Positions 19,430 through 29,207 of a stretch of DNA of 64,000 bases are shown piece after piece; within the stretch, counting starts at the first letter, position 1; every line of letters begins with the position of its first letter. The notes under the pieces were generated by a model. It was given only the letters and a program-made list of their open reading frames with translations. It was not told where the DNA came from and searched no databases. Source of the DNA: a virus (taxonomy: Duplodnaviria > Caudoviricetes); the IMG/VR virus record IMGVR_UViG_2874444136_000005, positions 11,866-75,865 of that record, one strand, 5' to 3'. The translations under genes and the position numbers were made by a program.

Positions 19430-20568
19430 TATTGAACGTCCTTCTTAGCAGCAGCGAATTCCGCCGGAGTAAAACCGGTTAATGCAGCCACTTCCAGCTC
19501 AACTGCAGTTAACCCGTGAGTGTCACCACTTGGCGGCTTACCGCCGTTCTGCAGCGTGGTAAGTGCTGCAATGGGGGCGGCCGCATCGAGATAGCCACGT
19601 AACGCAGCAATGTCTTTCTTGCCCATGTCACGCGCCCAGGTTTCCATGGTCGGCAGCAACTTTCCGGACGACAGTGCAGCGGTGATCAAACCGTCCAGGT
19701 CGCCACCGTCCAGACGCGCAGTCAGTGCGGCCATCTGGGTCGTCAGGTCGGTGACCACCGCAATGGGCACGTACTTGGTTGGATCAACGCCTTTATCCTT
19801 AGAGGCGGCGCTGACAGCCACGGTAAGTGCAGCAATCTTGTTGTCCTTTTCCGTCACCTGGCTGGTTAGCGCGGTGAACATCTCCAACAGTTTGCTGAGG
19901 CTTGCGGCAGCCGCATCACCTTCATTTTCTTTCGGCATATCGCCGGCCGCCTGCTGCAGCGCGGCCAGGATATCGGCCTCGGTTGCATCATCGGCAAGGC
20001 CAAGCAGCTTGCGCAGCAGCTTTAACAGCTCTTCGTTCATGGTCTTCTCCGGGGAGGGTTGAGTTGATGCCTGCACGATGAGACGAGAGGCGGCCGCCAG
20101 GGCGACTTGATTCATGCCGTCCAGGGCGGGGTTATTGGTGAGCGCTGCATTCAACACCTGCAGCACCGCACCGGTTTTCTTGTCGTAGGCAAAGACGGGG
20201 CTGATATAGCGGTATTCACCGCCGGCAATCATTTTGCGGGCGGTTTCCGTCCATTCGACGTTCTGGGCGAACATGCCGGCATCCGTCCAGACGGTATCGG
20301 TGCCTTTCCACCAACCGGCAGCGGGTGCCGGTTGACCGTTGCTTTCAGTCCGCAGGGTCTGGTGTTCGTAGTCGATGACGATTTTGTTTTGGCGTGACGA
20401 CAGGTGCTCGATGACCTGGCGCGCCAGGCTCTCGTTGAGTACCCAGTTGGCACATTCTGCGGGGCGGCCATCATTTGCGCGGAACTCGCCGGCCGGGAAC
20501 AACTGGATCGTGTTTCCGGTCAGGTTCAGCTCAAAGGCCAGGGATGCGACAGCAACGTTTCGTTTCAT
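19429..20568 (-). CDS. I: Mu-like prohead protease I (likely internal scaffold Z start at ~20040)
   Basis: IDYEHQT, APAAGW, YRYISPVF, AALTNNPALDGM. Confidence 0.93.
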   Translation of the reverse strand: MKRNVAVASLAFELNLTGNTIQLFPAGEFRANDGRPAECANWVLNESLARQVIEHLSSRQNKIVIDYEHQTLRTESNGQPAPAAGWWKGTDTVWTDAGMFAQNVEWTETARKMIAGGEYRYISPVFAYDKKTGAVLQVLNAALTNNPALDGMNQVALAAASRLIVQASTQPSPEKTMNEELLKLLRKLLGLADDATEADILAALQQAAGDMPKENEGDAAAASLSKLLEMFTALTSQVTEKDNKIAALTVAVSAASKDKGVDPTKYVPIAVVTDLTTQMAALTARLDGGDLDGLITAALSSGKLLPTMETWARDMGKKDIAALRGYLDAAAPIAALTTLQNGGKPPSGDTHGLTAVELEVAALTGFTPAEFAAAKKDVQ

Positions 20569-20574
20569 GCTGCC

Positions 20575-20621
20575 AATGTAACGGGATGGGAAAAACGGAT
20601 TCAGGGGACGGGGTTCGTCAC
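20575..20621 (-). promoter_or_regulatory. Late promoter (P_I-like) with putative C/Mor activator site
   Basis: GTGACGAACCCCGTCCCC, 23 nt, -10 TACATT; same architecture at 29208..29254. Confidence 0.7.
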
Positions 20622-20775
20622 ACTGTTTTTGAAGGGGAAAAGCGGTCTAGGCATCATACACCAATGCAACCCTTTTTAGACCCCTTTTAAAAACCTTCTG
20701 GAGCTGTTAGGGAATTTTTTGCGAGCCGTTGCACCTCAATCGGTGAACGGCCCGCAAAAAGCCGCTGAGGCGTTT

Positions 20776-21357
20776 TTAGCGGGACTTCATAAAGGCATCA
20801 TTCAGCACGCCCATCACCGCCTCAAAGGCCGGCTTGTTGAGCTGCTGATTATCCGTCACCGGCAGGAACGGACGCGGACGGATCACGATGCTGTAATTGA
20901 CGGCGCGCGCGACGGCTTGCTTGTGGCTGCGCCTGGCGAACGTCGCCAGGTTGCCGCGCTTCATCAGGTTGCCCTGGCGGTCGGTGCGCAGCCGCACCTG
21001 GCCCTGGCGCTTGATGGTGCCGCCAAGGTGCTGAATGGCGGCGTACACCAGGTTAGAGCCAATCTGCGCAAAGTCGTCACCGGATGCCGGTGTGACCGAT
21101 GCCGCCAGGCGGCCGGTCACCTGCAGGATTTTCCCTGGCCAGTGGCCGGCGCGGGAACGCGAGCGGATGGTGCTGGGCTTGAGTGAGGGCCAACTGTTGG
21201 CCGGAAAACCCTGCTGCTCGAACATCGCCATGCTTTGGTCATGGAGCGTTTCGGCAACCTGCAGCATCAGTGGCCGGGGCTTCTCGACCACCGCCAGCAG
21301 TTGCTGCAGACGTTGGCTTACCGCCTTGTCATCGACGGTGACTTTGATATTGGCCAT
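20776..21357 (-). CDS. Virion morphogenesis protein (Mu gpG-like)
   Basis: WPSLKPST, ILQVTGRLAAS, GSNLVYAAIQHLGG, IRPRPFL. Confidence 0.9.
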   Translation of the reverse strand: MANIKVTVDDKAVSQRLQQLLAVVEKPRPLMLQVAETLHDQSMAMFEQQGFPANSWPSLKPSTIRSRSRAGHWPGKILQVTGRLAASVTPASGDDFAQIGSNLVYAAIQHLGGTIKRQGQVRLRTDRQGNLMKRGNLATFARRSHKQAVARAVNYSIVIRPRPFLPVTDNQQLNKPAFEAVMGVLNDAFMKSR

Positions 21358-22589
21358 CAGCGTAAATCCTTCAGTACCGTTCCCTGGCGAAGTGCAGAAG
21401 CTATCGCTGATTCACCTACGGGAACAAAGTTATTCACCACCAGACCCGCATCCAGCGTCGCCTGCCACCATTGCCCCTCGAACGGGCGGAACAGGTGCAG
21501 CAGCTCGCCGGCACGCACCGCGACGGTGGATGACTCGATAACCGTCTGCACGCCGGCCCATTGCTGTTGAGTCGGCAACGTGCCGGCACCAGCCTGGGCG
21601 GCAAGCTGGTGCTCTGCCAACCAGGCGGTGCGGCCGGCGGTGCCCAGCGTCGCCATCTCGCCAGCATCCAGCACGCCGGCAGCCAGTATCTCGCCGGTGC
21701 GGTTACCTAGAGCTACATCGCTCAGCATGTGCGTCAACTCCGGGCCAGCCAATCCCGCGCTGACATACGGGCGCGACAGCTCCACATCGTACTTGTCCAG
21801 GTTGGCTTTCCACACCTCTTTGCCGGGGTTGATATCAAAACCCACGTCCGGGAAGAAAGTCACCGCCTGGCCGTCCGGGCCACTGAACCGCACGCCATTC
21901 ACCGGGGTGAAGGTTGGGCGCCCATTCTCGTCTTCGCCGGTCATCACCTGCTGGACAACTTCGCTGTCGGTGTGCGAAATCACATAGCCCCGTTGCCTCA
22001 CGTCGCGCTCGGTCAGCGCTTCAGCGCGGCAGCGGCAGTTAAAGCCGTTCGGCGGGAAGATGTACTGCCAAATCGGATCGAGGTAATGAAAGACGCGGTT
22101 ATGCAGTCGGGCATGGCTGGGGCGGGTCTTCGCATCCATCACCGCCACATACCGCCAGTAGGGGCGGTTTTCTGCGTTGGCCAGCATGGACTCATGGCGC
22201 GCCGACATGTAGGCCGCCTGGGTGTTGGTTCGATAGATGGTATTGAGCCGGGCCGGGTTACCGAGCTGGCGGGTCGTGATTTCGCCGGTATCGGTATCGA
22301 TATTTTCCTCGCTGCCCCACCAACCCTTTTTACGCAGTACCGGCTCCAGATTCTTGACGAACCATTCCGGCGTCTGGCCGGCGGCCAGGCCTTCGCGCAA
22401 CCCGTTCACCAAATCCTGGGCAATATCCAGGCGCGCCAGATTGGCAAAGCCGAATGCGTGCGCATGATCCACCGCCTGCATGGCGTCGGCATCAGTTCGG
22501 ATGCGCAATCCCTTGTTTTCGAGGTAACGCAGCGCGGCTTCCGGCTTCATGCCGAACAGCGCGCTGATTTCTGCCTTTGATATTGGCAT
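21357..22589 (-). CDS. Minor head protein (Mu gpF/gp30)
   Basis: RLNTIYRTN, YVAVMDAKTRPSH, PPNGFNCRC. Confidence 0.92.
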   Translation of the reverse strand: MPISKAEISALFGMKPEAALRYLENKGLRIRTDADAMQAVDHAHAFGFANLARLDIAQDLVNGLREGLAAGQTPEWFVKNLEPVLRKKGWWGSEENIDTDTGEITTRQLGNPARLNTIYRTNTQAAYMSARHESMLANAENRPYWRYVAVMDAKTRPSHARLHNRVFHYLDPIWQYIFPPNGFNCRCRAEALTERDVRQRGYVISHTDSEVVQQVMTGEDENGRPTFTPVNGVRFSGPDGQAVTFFPDVGFDINPGKEVWKANLDKYDVELSRPYVSAGLAGPELTHMLSDVALGNRTGEILAAGVLDAGEMATLGTAGRTAWLAEHQLAAQAGAGTLPTQQQWAGVQTVIESSTVAVRAGELLHLFRPFEGQWWQATLDAGLVVNNFVPVGESAIASALRQGTVLKDLR

Positions 22590-24115
22590 TACTGCCCCTC
22601 CTGCTGGGCATACAGGCCAATCAGGCGCGCGATGGTCTGCGTATCACCGAGGTTAGCCTGCAGTAAGGTCGGATCGAGCTGAGGGAACGCATCAGCCAGC
22701 GCACCCAACAGGCTTTGTTCGTCCAGTTCCCCGGACAACGCAGCGATAGCCGGCTGCAACATGGCAATCAGCCCCTCAGCAGGCTTATTGCCGCTTAACA
22801 GTGCCGTTAATGCCTCATCAATCCCTGTTTGCGTGTCATCCGCACCGGGTTTGCGGGTCAACGCGGCCACTAACGCGGCAATGACCTGGGAATTATAACT
22901 GCGTGCCGGCGTCGGCGCTGCCGGTGCACCCAAATTAACCTGCACGGTGCGACTTGCGCCGATGGGTTCGGGGGGCTGGGGTTCTGGCACCTTGAACTTG
23001 ATGCGCGGCGTGCGGCGCGGGTCGGCGTTCGCTCGGCGATTGAGCACCAGCAGCGGCCAAAACAGATCGCTGCGCAGCGTCATGGCCAACTGACGGCCAT
23101 CGGAAGCCAGCAGGTCATGGCGCACCTCATTGTGAACCACGCCCAGGGCATTGGTGGAGGTTTTGCCGTCGGCCTGCGTGGTCAGTGTCCCGCCCAGAAT
23201 GGCCTTGGACATGGCTTTTTCCGCCCATTCGGCCAGTGCCATAAACGGCTCATGCGAGCTGTTCGACGCCTGATGCAGGGTGATTTCCATTTCCTTGGGG
23301 ATAATACCGCCGGCATAGCGTCCCAGCTCGGTAACGGCCCGCATCAGCTCACGCCTTTCTTTTTCACCGACCCCCTCCGGGTATTTACCGATACGCAGCG
23401 GGATACCGTAGATCTCCAGCAGCTCCGCCAGGCTCTGAGTGCCGAAGTTGCGGCACACATACGGCCAGGACAGGGTGCGCAGCAGCCCGGCACGCGCAAC
23501 ATAGCCACTGCGGGACTTATGGCGGTGCTGTATCCAGCCGAACGGCTGCAGCGGCGCGCCCATGCCGTCATCGGTACGCAGCAACAGCTGATCCTGATTG
23601 TCCCGCGCCAGTTCGAACCAGGACGCCGGGCGGTGGTGAAACGCCTTCGGAAACCACTCGCGGCCGACAGGCTCCCACTCGATCTCGATATTGCTGAACC
23701 CCTGGCCGATGGCGTCGAGCATATCGATGATCAAATCCTCCCAGCCGTCTTGCTCGGTGATGTATTCCGCCAGCCAGGCCGCATCTGCTTGCTCTGCCGG
23801 TGTGGCATTGGGCGGCGGCGTGATTTCGTGCGGGATGGTCAGCAGCGCGCGCTTGCGCTTTTGCATCTCGGCAAACAAATGGGCGTCCCGTTCTTCCATA
23901 TCGGTGAACAGGTCGGCCTGGGCCTGCAGGTTGCCCAGCTCGGCCTCGTTGAGAATTTGCTCCAGGCGCTGGGGCGTCAGCCGCTGGCTGGGGTGCTCGG
24001 CATACAGGCCGGCCAGCGCGGCCACGTGGGAGGACTGCGGCTCACGCAATACCTCACGTCGGATGGGGTTGCCGTACATATCGAGCAGTTGGGGTTGTGC
24101 CATTGTCATCACCAT
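22589..24115 (-). CDS. Portal protein (Mu gp29, DUF935)
   Basis: DLFTDMEERDAHL, EIYGIPLRIGKY, SKAILGGTLT, ALGVVHNEVR. Confidence 0.93.
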   Translation of the reverse strand: MVMTMAQPQLLDMYGNPIRREVLREPQSSHVAALAGLYAEHPSQRLTPQRLEQILNEAELGNLQAQADLFTDMEERDAHLFAEMQKRKRALLTIPHEITPPPNATPAEQADAAWLAEYITEQDGWEDLIIDMLDAIGQGFSNIEIEWEPVGREWFPKAFHHRPASWFELARDNQDQLLLRTDDGMGAPLQPFGWIQHRHKSRSGYVARAGLLRTLSWPYVCRNFGTQSLAELLEIYGIPLRIGKYPEGVGEKERRELMRAVTELGRYAGGIIPKEMEITLHQASNSSHEPFMALAEWAEKAMSKAILGGTLTTQADGKTSTNALGVVHNEVRHDLLASDGRQLAMTLRSDLFWPLLVLNRRANADPRRTPRIKFKVPEPQPPEPIGASRTVQVNLGAPAAPTPARSYNSQVIAALVAALTRKPGADDTQTGIDEALTALLSGNKPAEGLIAMLQPAIAALSGELDEQSLLGALADAFPQLDPTLLQANLGDTQTIARLIGLYAQQEGQ

Positions 24116-25896
24116 AAACCGCGACCGCCGAAGTCCGGCTCGTCGTCATCATCATCAAGAAAGCGATCGCCGCTATACCGCGCCGCCTCACGGCGGGGTA
24201 TCGGCTCCCAGGCATACGAACCCGCGCCACGGGAAACGGCAATCATCCAAAGCAGCTGCAGCGCCGACAGCCCGTCATAGTGGTGACCGGTCTGCGCCTC
24301 TGGCCAGGTTTCCAGCTCGGACAGCAACAGCGTCAGGCCTGGATTGAACAAAATAGAGGGGTTGAGCTGGTCGTTGATGTACGGCTCCAGCCCTTCGACG
24401 CGCACTTCCAGCGGCACCTTGGCCGTCACGCCAACCAGCGGCAGCGCGACCCCTTCACGTAGAGCGTTCTTGATGAACGTCGAGCGCGAGTGCTCGTAGG
24501 CGTTGTTGTTCTCAAAGCCGATGGCCAGGCACCTGAATTGTCGCTGCATCGCTATCAGGTCGGCTTCCAGTTTGGACGGCACGCGCCGCTTGATCTCCGC
24601 CTCCATCACATGCAGGCGGCTGCGCTGCTTGTCCCAGCCGCCAACAAGAATTGCCGAGGGGTCGCTGGTCTCACCCTGGCCCATAGAGGGGTCACAGGCA
24701 CCGAAAATCAGCCAGTCGCGCCAGCGCTGGGTAAAGAACTGGATGTTGATAAACGTCCGGTCTTCATCCGTGCGCGGGTCGCCCTGCATTTCGGTGGCAA
24801 ATGCCTTGCCGTTCTTGGCGCGCTGGCGCATCAACCAATAGAGGGTACGCACCGCCGGCCAGCTCGTGACCGCGCCATCATCCATCTGTACCTGGTGCGC
24901 CAGGTAGAACTTGTAAGACGGCAGCTTGTCCTGGGGAAGATCAAGCCCCAGCTCGGCCGCCTGTTCCTCGGCGCGCTTGTCGTCGTTGAGCATCTTCTCC
25001 TGGCACTGTTCCCACAAATCCATGTGCGTGGGCAGCGTCACGATGGCGCGGAAGTGGTGAACCACATGGCCAATGGTGCGCTTGGCGCGGCTGATAGGGT
25101 CATCTTTATTAAGCACAGTACCGACACCCAGGTATTTTACCGAGCCGTCCGGCGGCCCCAGGTACTCGATCGCTTTTGAAATCCAGTTCCAGCGGTTTTC
25201 GCGCTCGGTCGGGGATTTGGCCTCGGCATCGGTGATCAGGTCATCGCCCAGCAGCAATTTGGGACGGCTGGCCCCGTGGAACGTACCACGGATAGCCTGC
25301 TCGGCACCGAACGCCTCGACCTTCACGCCGGTGCGGGTGGTGAACTCGCCAATCTTCCATTGCCCGCTGCGGCCGCAGACCTCCGGGAAATCCAGCATCA
25401 GCGCCGCGTTCATGGTCAGTTCGGTTTTGACCACCTCCAGCAGCTTGGTCGGCAGTTTGGTCTCCGCACCAAGCAAGATGATGTAGTCGATGAAGGCCGG
25501 CCGCTCGTCGGTGAAGCCGAGCGCCGCGCGAACGTCGTCATGCTGATGCAACCCCTGAACGGCGCACCAGACCGGGCCGATTTTGGTCAGCAGCGAGGAT
25601 TTGGCTTCACCACGCGGGGCAATCCACCATTCGACTGCGCCGCCGGGGCGCGTCAGCAGCTGCGGGAAGCGCGTGCAAAAATGCGCATGGAACAGGGATT
25701 GCTCGCCCCGGATGTGATGCGGGAAATAGGTATAGGCAAAAAACGTGAAGTCACCCGACAACACCCTGCGCCGGCGGGCGTTAATGGCCTCCGGCGAGGT
25801 GTCCAGCCCGGTGCTGTGTGCCTGGATATCAGCTCGCAATGCGTGCTTGAGCATCGCCAGCTCTTTGAGAAAGTCACGCCCGCTTAATTGGCTCAT
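24109..25896 (-). CDS. Terminase large subunit of Mu-like phage
   Basis: APRGEAKS Walker A, LLLGDDL Walker B, ACDPS and HYDGLSAL nuclease motifs. Confidence 0.93.
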   Translation of the reverse strand: MSQLSGRDFLKELAMLKHALRADIQAHSTGLDTSPEAINARRRRVLSGDFTFFAYTYFPHHIRGEQSLFHAHFCTRFPQLLTRPGGAVEWWIAPRGEAKSSLLTKIGPVWCAVQGLHQHDDVRAALGFTDERPAFIDYIILLGAETKLPTKLLEVVKTELTMNAALMLDFPEVCGRSGQWKIGEFTTRTGVKVEAFGAEQAIRGTFHGASRPKLLLGDDLITDAEAKSPTERENRWNWISKAIEYLGPPDGSVKYLGVGTVLNKDDPISRAKRTIGHVVHHFRAIVTLPTHMDLWEQCQEKMLNDDKRAEEQAAELGLDLPQDKLPSYKFYLAHQVQMDDGAVTSWPAVRTLYWLMRQRAKNGKAFATEMQGDPRTDEDRTFINIQFFTQRWRDWLIFGACDPSMGQGETSDPSAILVGGWDKQRSRLHVMEAEIKRRVPSKLEADLIAMQRQFRCLAIGFENNNAYEHSRSTFIKNALREGVALPLVGVTAKVPLEVRVEGLEPYINDQLNPSILFNPGLTLLLSELETWPEAQTGHHYDGLSALQLLWMIAVSRGAGSYAWEPIPRREAARYSGDRFLDDDDDEPDFGGRGLW

Positions 25897-25978
25897 ATTA
25901 CCTCTGGTGGGTGAGGCTCCGATAAGTGCTAAGATCCGTTGGCCACAACATCACTTTTTACCCTCGGAGCCTCAAATC

Positions 25979-26479
25979 ATGGATCTAACGTCTTTTATGT
26001 CTCTTTACGAGTCTGTCAAAGCAGTTAAAGACGTCGTTAAAGCCGCTTCTGACCTCAAAACCGACGTCGCCATTAACGAAAAAGCGACGGAAATCTACAG
26101 TTACCTCAACGACGTTCAAGAAAAACTAATGGCGCTGCAGGTAGAACACATGTCGATGTCGCGCCTCAAAGACGATCTCGAACGTCAGGTTATAGAGCTG
26201 ACGCAATGGAATGAGGACAAATCCCGCTATGCGCTTACCAAACTGTCTTCCGGAGCATTCGTGTATCAGCTCAAGACGGCGGATAAGGGCGATGAGCCGG
26301 TGCATCAGCTTTGTGCCAACTGCTATCAGCAGCAGATCAAATCGATTCTTCAATTTCATGGGTATCATAAATTCCATTCAATCCTGCATTGCCCGCGCTG
26401 CTCATCGGAATATCTGAATGAGCGACAGGAAATGAGCAGTCATGTTGTTAGCGACTATGACCCTTACGATGAAGACTAA
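25979..26479 (+). CDS. Hypothetical coiled-coil + Zn-ribbon protein (opposite-strand insert)
   Basis: ATG at 25979 with GGAG RBS; CANC...CPRC. Confidence 0.7.
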   Translation: MDLTSFMSLYESVKAVKDVVKAASDLKTDVAINEKATEIYSYLNDVQEKLMALQVEHMSMSRLKDDLERQVIELTQWNEDKSRYALTKLSSGAFVYQLKTADKGDEPVHQLCANCYQQQIKSILQFHGYHKFHSILHCPRCSSEYLNERQEMSSHVVSDYDPYDED

Positions 26480-26691
26480 TCCTCATCGTGACTCTCACAA
26501 TGAGCCAGATTAACTTCGTCAACCAACTGCGCCAGACGCGCCCACGCGGTCTGGCTATGCCTCTGTTCAGCCAGGGCTATGCGACCGTCACTTAACAGCA
26601 CTTTGACCTGGCGATTAGTGTCTACATGCATATCGCTAATGACGTTGTAAGCAACGTAATGGTCGCTTGCCAGGCGGATCATCCTAGCCAT
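26476..26691 (-). CDS. Hypothetical protein
   Basis: GAGG RBS; overlaps end of terS. Confidence 0.55.
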   Translation of the reverse strand: MARMIRLASDHYVAYNVISDMHVDTNRQVKVLLSDGRIALAEQRHSQTAWARLAQLVDEVNLAHCESHDED

Positions 26692-27187
26692 AAATCCTCT
26701 CTATCTCTTTGCCGAACCCCTCCAGCAGGTCGCCGAACGGCTGCAACTGCTGAGGGTGATTGTCTTTGATGTACGCGGCCAACAGCTGGATCACTTCAAG
26801 CGCGATGGCCAGGCGGGACACCTCCGGCATGGCGCGCTTGCTGCTGGCGACAGCCTTGTTAAACGCATCCGACAGGCTGGCCAGCAGCTTCACGCGGTCT
26901 TCGGGTTTAATGTCCACATCGTCATAGGCCAGCTTGTCCATGGTGGTTTTGAACTGCACCACCAGGCCGGTGAACATGGCCAGAGTCAGTTCTTCCAGGC
27001 CACCGCCGGCGAGCATACGCGCGCCGCGCAGCGTCTCCCAATCGTCGCCGGCGGCTTTGCTGTCGTTCTTCCAGCGTTGCGCCGTCCCGTAAGAGACACC
27101 GCACTGCACGGCCGCCACCTCCAGTGAGAGGCCGTCGAATACATAGGCCCGGCGTAACCGGTCGCGCGTCTCTGGCGGGTATGCCAT
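26684..27187 (-). CDS. Terminase small subunit (DUF1804)
   Basis: MAYPPETRDRLRRAYV HTH, GDDWE motif. Confidence 0.88.
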   Translation of the reverse strand: MAYPPETRDRLRRAYVFDGLSLEVAAVQCGVSYGTAQRWKNDSKAAGDDWETLRGARMLAGGGLEELTLAMFTGLVVQFKTTMDKLAYDDVDIKPEDRVKLLASLSDAFNKAVASSKRAMPEVSRLAIALEVIQLLAAYIKDNHPQQLQPFGDLLEGFGKEIERIYG

Positions 27188-27414
27188 CAGCCAACCCCCA
27201 GTTTTGCCTTGATCAACATAATCGTGGTGTACACGAGGCCGCCGCTGACGCTGCCGGTGATCGCACCGGCGATAGCGCCCTGGCGAATGGCCGAGGACTT
27301 GACGTCATCCAGGCTGCTCTCCATTCGCGCCAGACGCTGATTGATTTCAGACAGCAACGCCATTTCGGCAGACGTTGCCGGCCCCCGGCGGTAGCGCGAT
27401 GCGCGTCGGCCCAT
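27187..27414 (-). CDS. Small membrane protein (Mu gp26-like)
   Basis: C-terminal GAIAGAITG TM segment, coupled to terS. Confidence 0.7.
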   Translation of the reverse strand: MGRRASRYRRGPATSAEMALLSEINQRLARMESSLDDVKSSAIRQGAIAGAITGSVSGGLVYTTIMLIKAKLGVG

Positions 27415-27416
27415 GG

Positions 27417-27665
27417 TTAGCTCCTTTTATCCGCTTTGCGGTCTAGTTTCTGGTCGATGTGCTCGACACTGCGTTTTACATCCTTCAACAAGTCCAGTAA
27501 CTGGTCATTGTTTCGCTGTGCATCGTCCCGGCGCTGGTATTCCGTGCGGATGGCCTGGAGGCCATTCCGCAGGTCTTTCAGCTCGGCAAACAGATATTTA
27601 AAAAGAAAACCGAACAGCCCCATCAACAGGGTCATTGCGATGTTAAACGCCATTTCAAGGGTCAT
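27417..27665 (-). CDS. Small membrane/coiled-coil protein (Mu gp25-like)
   Basis: N-terminal TM, IRTEYQRRDD..IDQKLD. Confidence 0.7.
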   Translation of the reverse strand: MTLEMAFNIAMTLLMGLFGFLFKYLFAELKDLRNGLQAIRTEYQRRDDAQRNNDQLLDLLKDVKRSVEHIDQKLDRKADKRS

Positions 27666-28282
27666 TGTTCCCTCCCGCCGTACCATTGATTAAGTTGCTG
27701 CAACTGAGCCTCTAAGGACTGACACCAGGCGCCATAATCGGCGCTGTGCCGGATGAGACCACCGGCGGAGAGTCCGCCTGCGCTGCCGGGGGCTTCGGCG
27801 GAATGGCCAGCAAGGCCGCCGGCGGTGTTGGGCAACTGCTGACCACAATCGGCATAGCCGAGGGCGGCGTTGTAGAGGCACAGCCCGCGAGGGCCAATGC
27901 CGGTAAAACCCACATCGTTTTTAACCGCATCGTCGATCGCCTTCTTGAGTTTGTCCTTCGTTGCCTGCAGGTGAGATTGGCTCTGCTGCAGCTCGCGTGA
28001 AAGTTTGTCGCCGAGCTGCTGCGCCGCCTGCAGCTCTCGCAGCGCTTTAGCCATGGCCAGGGCGTGCTGCTCGGCCTGCTGGCGCAGCGTTTCATTCAGC
28101 GCAGACTTGTCCGCAGCCAACTGACCGATGGTTTTGTTGGCTTTCGTCAGGTCGCCCTGCAGTTGAGCGCGGCCGACAGATTGCCCCAGGTAATACGCAC
28201 CTGCACCGATACATACCGGTAGCAGGTAGGCAAGCAAATAGGATTTAAGGTGACTAAACACCAGACTGAGAGTTAACGGCAT
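27662..28282 (-). CDS. Inner-membrane spanin (Rz-like)
   Basis: N-terminal TM + coiled coil; embedded lipoprotein gene. Confidence 0.75.
   Translation of the reverse strand: MPLTLSLVFSHLKSYLLAYLLPVCIGAGAYYLGQSVGRAQLQGDLTKANKTIGQLAADKSALNETLRQQAEQHALAMAKALRELQAAQQLGDKLSRELQQSQSHLQATKDKLKKAIDDAVKNDVGFTGIGPRGLCLYNAALGYADCGQQLPNTAGGLAGHSAEAPGSAGGLSAGGLIRHSADYGAWCQSLEAQLQQLNQWYGGREQ
27712..27930 (-). CDS. Outer-membrane spanin lipoprotein (Rz1-like), embedded
   Basis: MRLKTMWVLPALALAG-C lipobox, Pro-rich. Confidence 0.75.
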   Translation of the reverse strand: MRLKTMWVLPALALAGCASTTPPSAMPIVVSSCPTPPAALLAIPPKPPAAQADSPPVVSSGTAPIMAPGVSP

Positions 28283-28538
28283 CGCCCACCTCCAGCTTGG
28301 CCTTGTCTCGCTTGATGGCGACGAATTTCGACGCCTGAGACTGGAAAACGAACGCGCCCAGGTAGGCAGCCAGGTGCCACTCTTCCAAGTGACCGGTCAC
28401 CGTAACCCAGACGATAACGAACGACGCCACCAGGAACGCGCCCAGCACCATGGTGTCCGAGGTGGACAAGCGGCCCGTGGCCGGATTGGTGATGAGTTCG
28501 CCCAGGCGGCGCAACAGCGTGCTTATCAGCGCGGACAT
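28254..28538 (-). CDS. Putative holin (DUF2644-like)
   Basis: ELITNPATGRLSTSDT motif, two TM segments, lysis cassette. Confidence 0.7.
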   Translation of the reverse strand: MSALISTLLRRLGELITNPATGRLSTSDTMVLGAFLVASFVIVWVTVTGHLEEWHLAAYLGAFVFQSQASKFVAIKRDKAKLEVGDAVNSQSGV

Positions 28539-29176
28539 AAGGCGGCCTCGGCATCTTTCAGTCGGGCCAGGCGGTCATCCACCCCCAACATCCCGCTGTT
28601 GATCCGGCGCGTCAGCCCTTTGAAATCACCGCTGTCGGCGTAGTTGTTGAGATTGTTCGACCACCAGAAGAACGCGGCAGAACGGGCCGCCGGCAGCGGC
28701 TGCAGCAGCAAGTCAGGACTGCCGAGCAGATCAAGCCCCAGGGCATTGCCGGCGGCGCGGTAATTGTTCTTGAAGGTGGTTTGAATCAGCCCACGGCCAC
28801 GATAGCGCCAGCCGTCCCCGGATGACTCCGGGCCATTGCCGCCCCGGTTGGCGTAGGCCCGGTTGGCCAGCTTCTCCGGGCGGCGAACGTAGCCGCGCGC
28901 AAACTCGATTTCGTCCGGGTCAACCACACCGTCGCCATCGAGATCAAAGCCGGTGCGAAAGAGGGTCGCAATGCGGCGGGCGTCGGTGTAGTAAAGGCTT
29001 TCGGACAGCGAGGTGAAACTGTTGCTCTCATGGCCAACCTGCGCCAGAAACGCCGCCTGGCGTTTGGGGGTATCGATGCCAAACTCCGCCATCGCTGACG
29101 TGATAGGCGCGTGCCAGCGTGACACATTGGCGGGGGTTAACCTGGCTGCACGGCGTAACTGTTCGGGGGTAATCAT
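28526..29176 (-). CDS. Endolysin, glycoside hydrolase family 19
   Basis: AAFLAQVGHES, GDGWRYRGRGLIQ, SAAFFW, TRRIN. Confidence 0.92.
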   Translation of the reverse strand: MITPEQLRRAARLTPANVSRWHAPITSAMAEFGIDTPKRQAAFLAQVGHESNSFTSLSESLYYTDARRIATLFRTGFDLDGDGVVDPDEIEFARGYVRRPEKLANRAYANRGGNGPESSGDGWRYRGRGLIQTTFKNNYRAAGNALGLDLLGSPDLLLQPLPAARSAAFFWWSNNLNNYADSGDFKGLTRRINSGMLGVDDRLARLKDAEAALCPR

Positions 29177-29206
29177 AAAAAAGCACCATCCGGTGAAAGA
29201 TGGTGC
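29177..29206 (-). terminator. Terminator-like hairpin immediately upstream of endolysin
   Basis: GCACCATC-N8-GATGGTGC followed by TTTTTT. Confidence 0.7.
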
Positions 29207-29207
29207 C

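Noticed and set aside
23117-24280. 387-aa plus-strand ORF and many similar long antisense ORFs in the Mu-like region
   Set aside because: Shadow frames of GC-rich, codon-biased head and tail genes
25745-25978. Upstream extension of the Zn-ribbon ORF
   Set aside because: Overlaps terL antisense; better ATG with RBS at 25979
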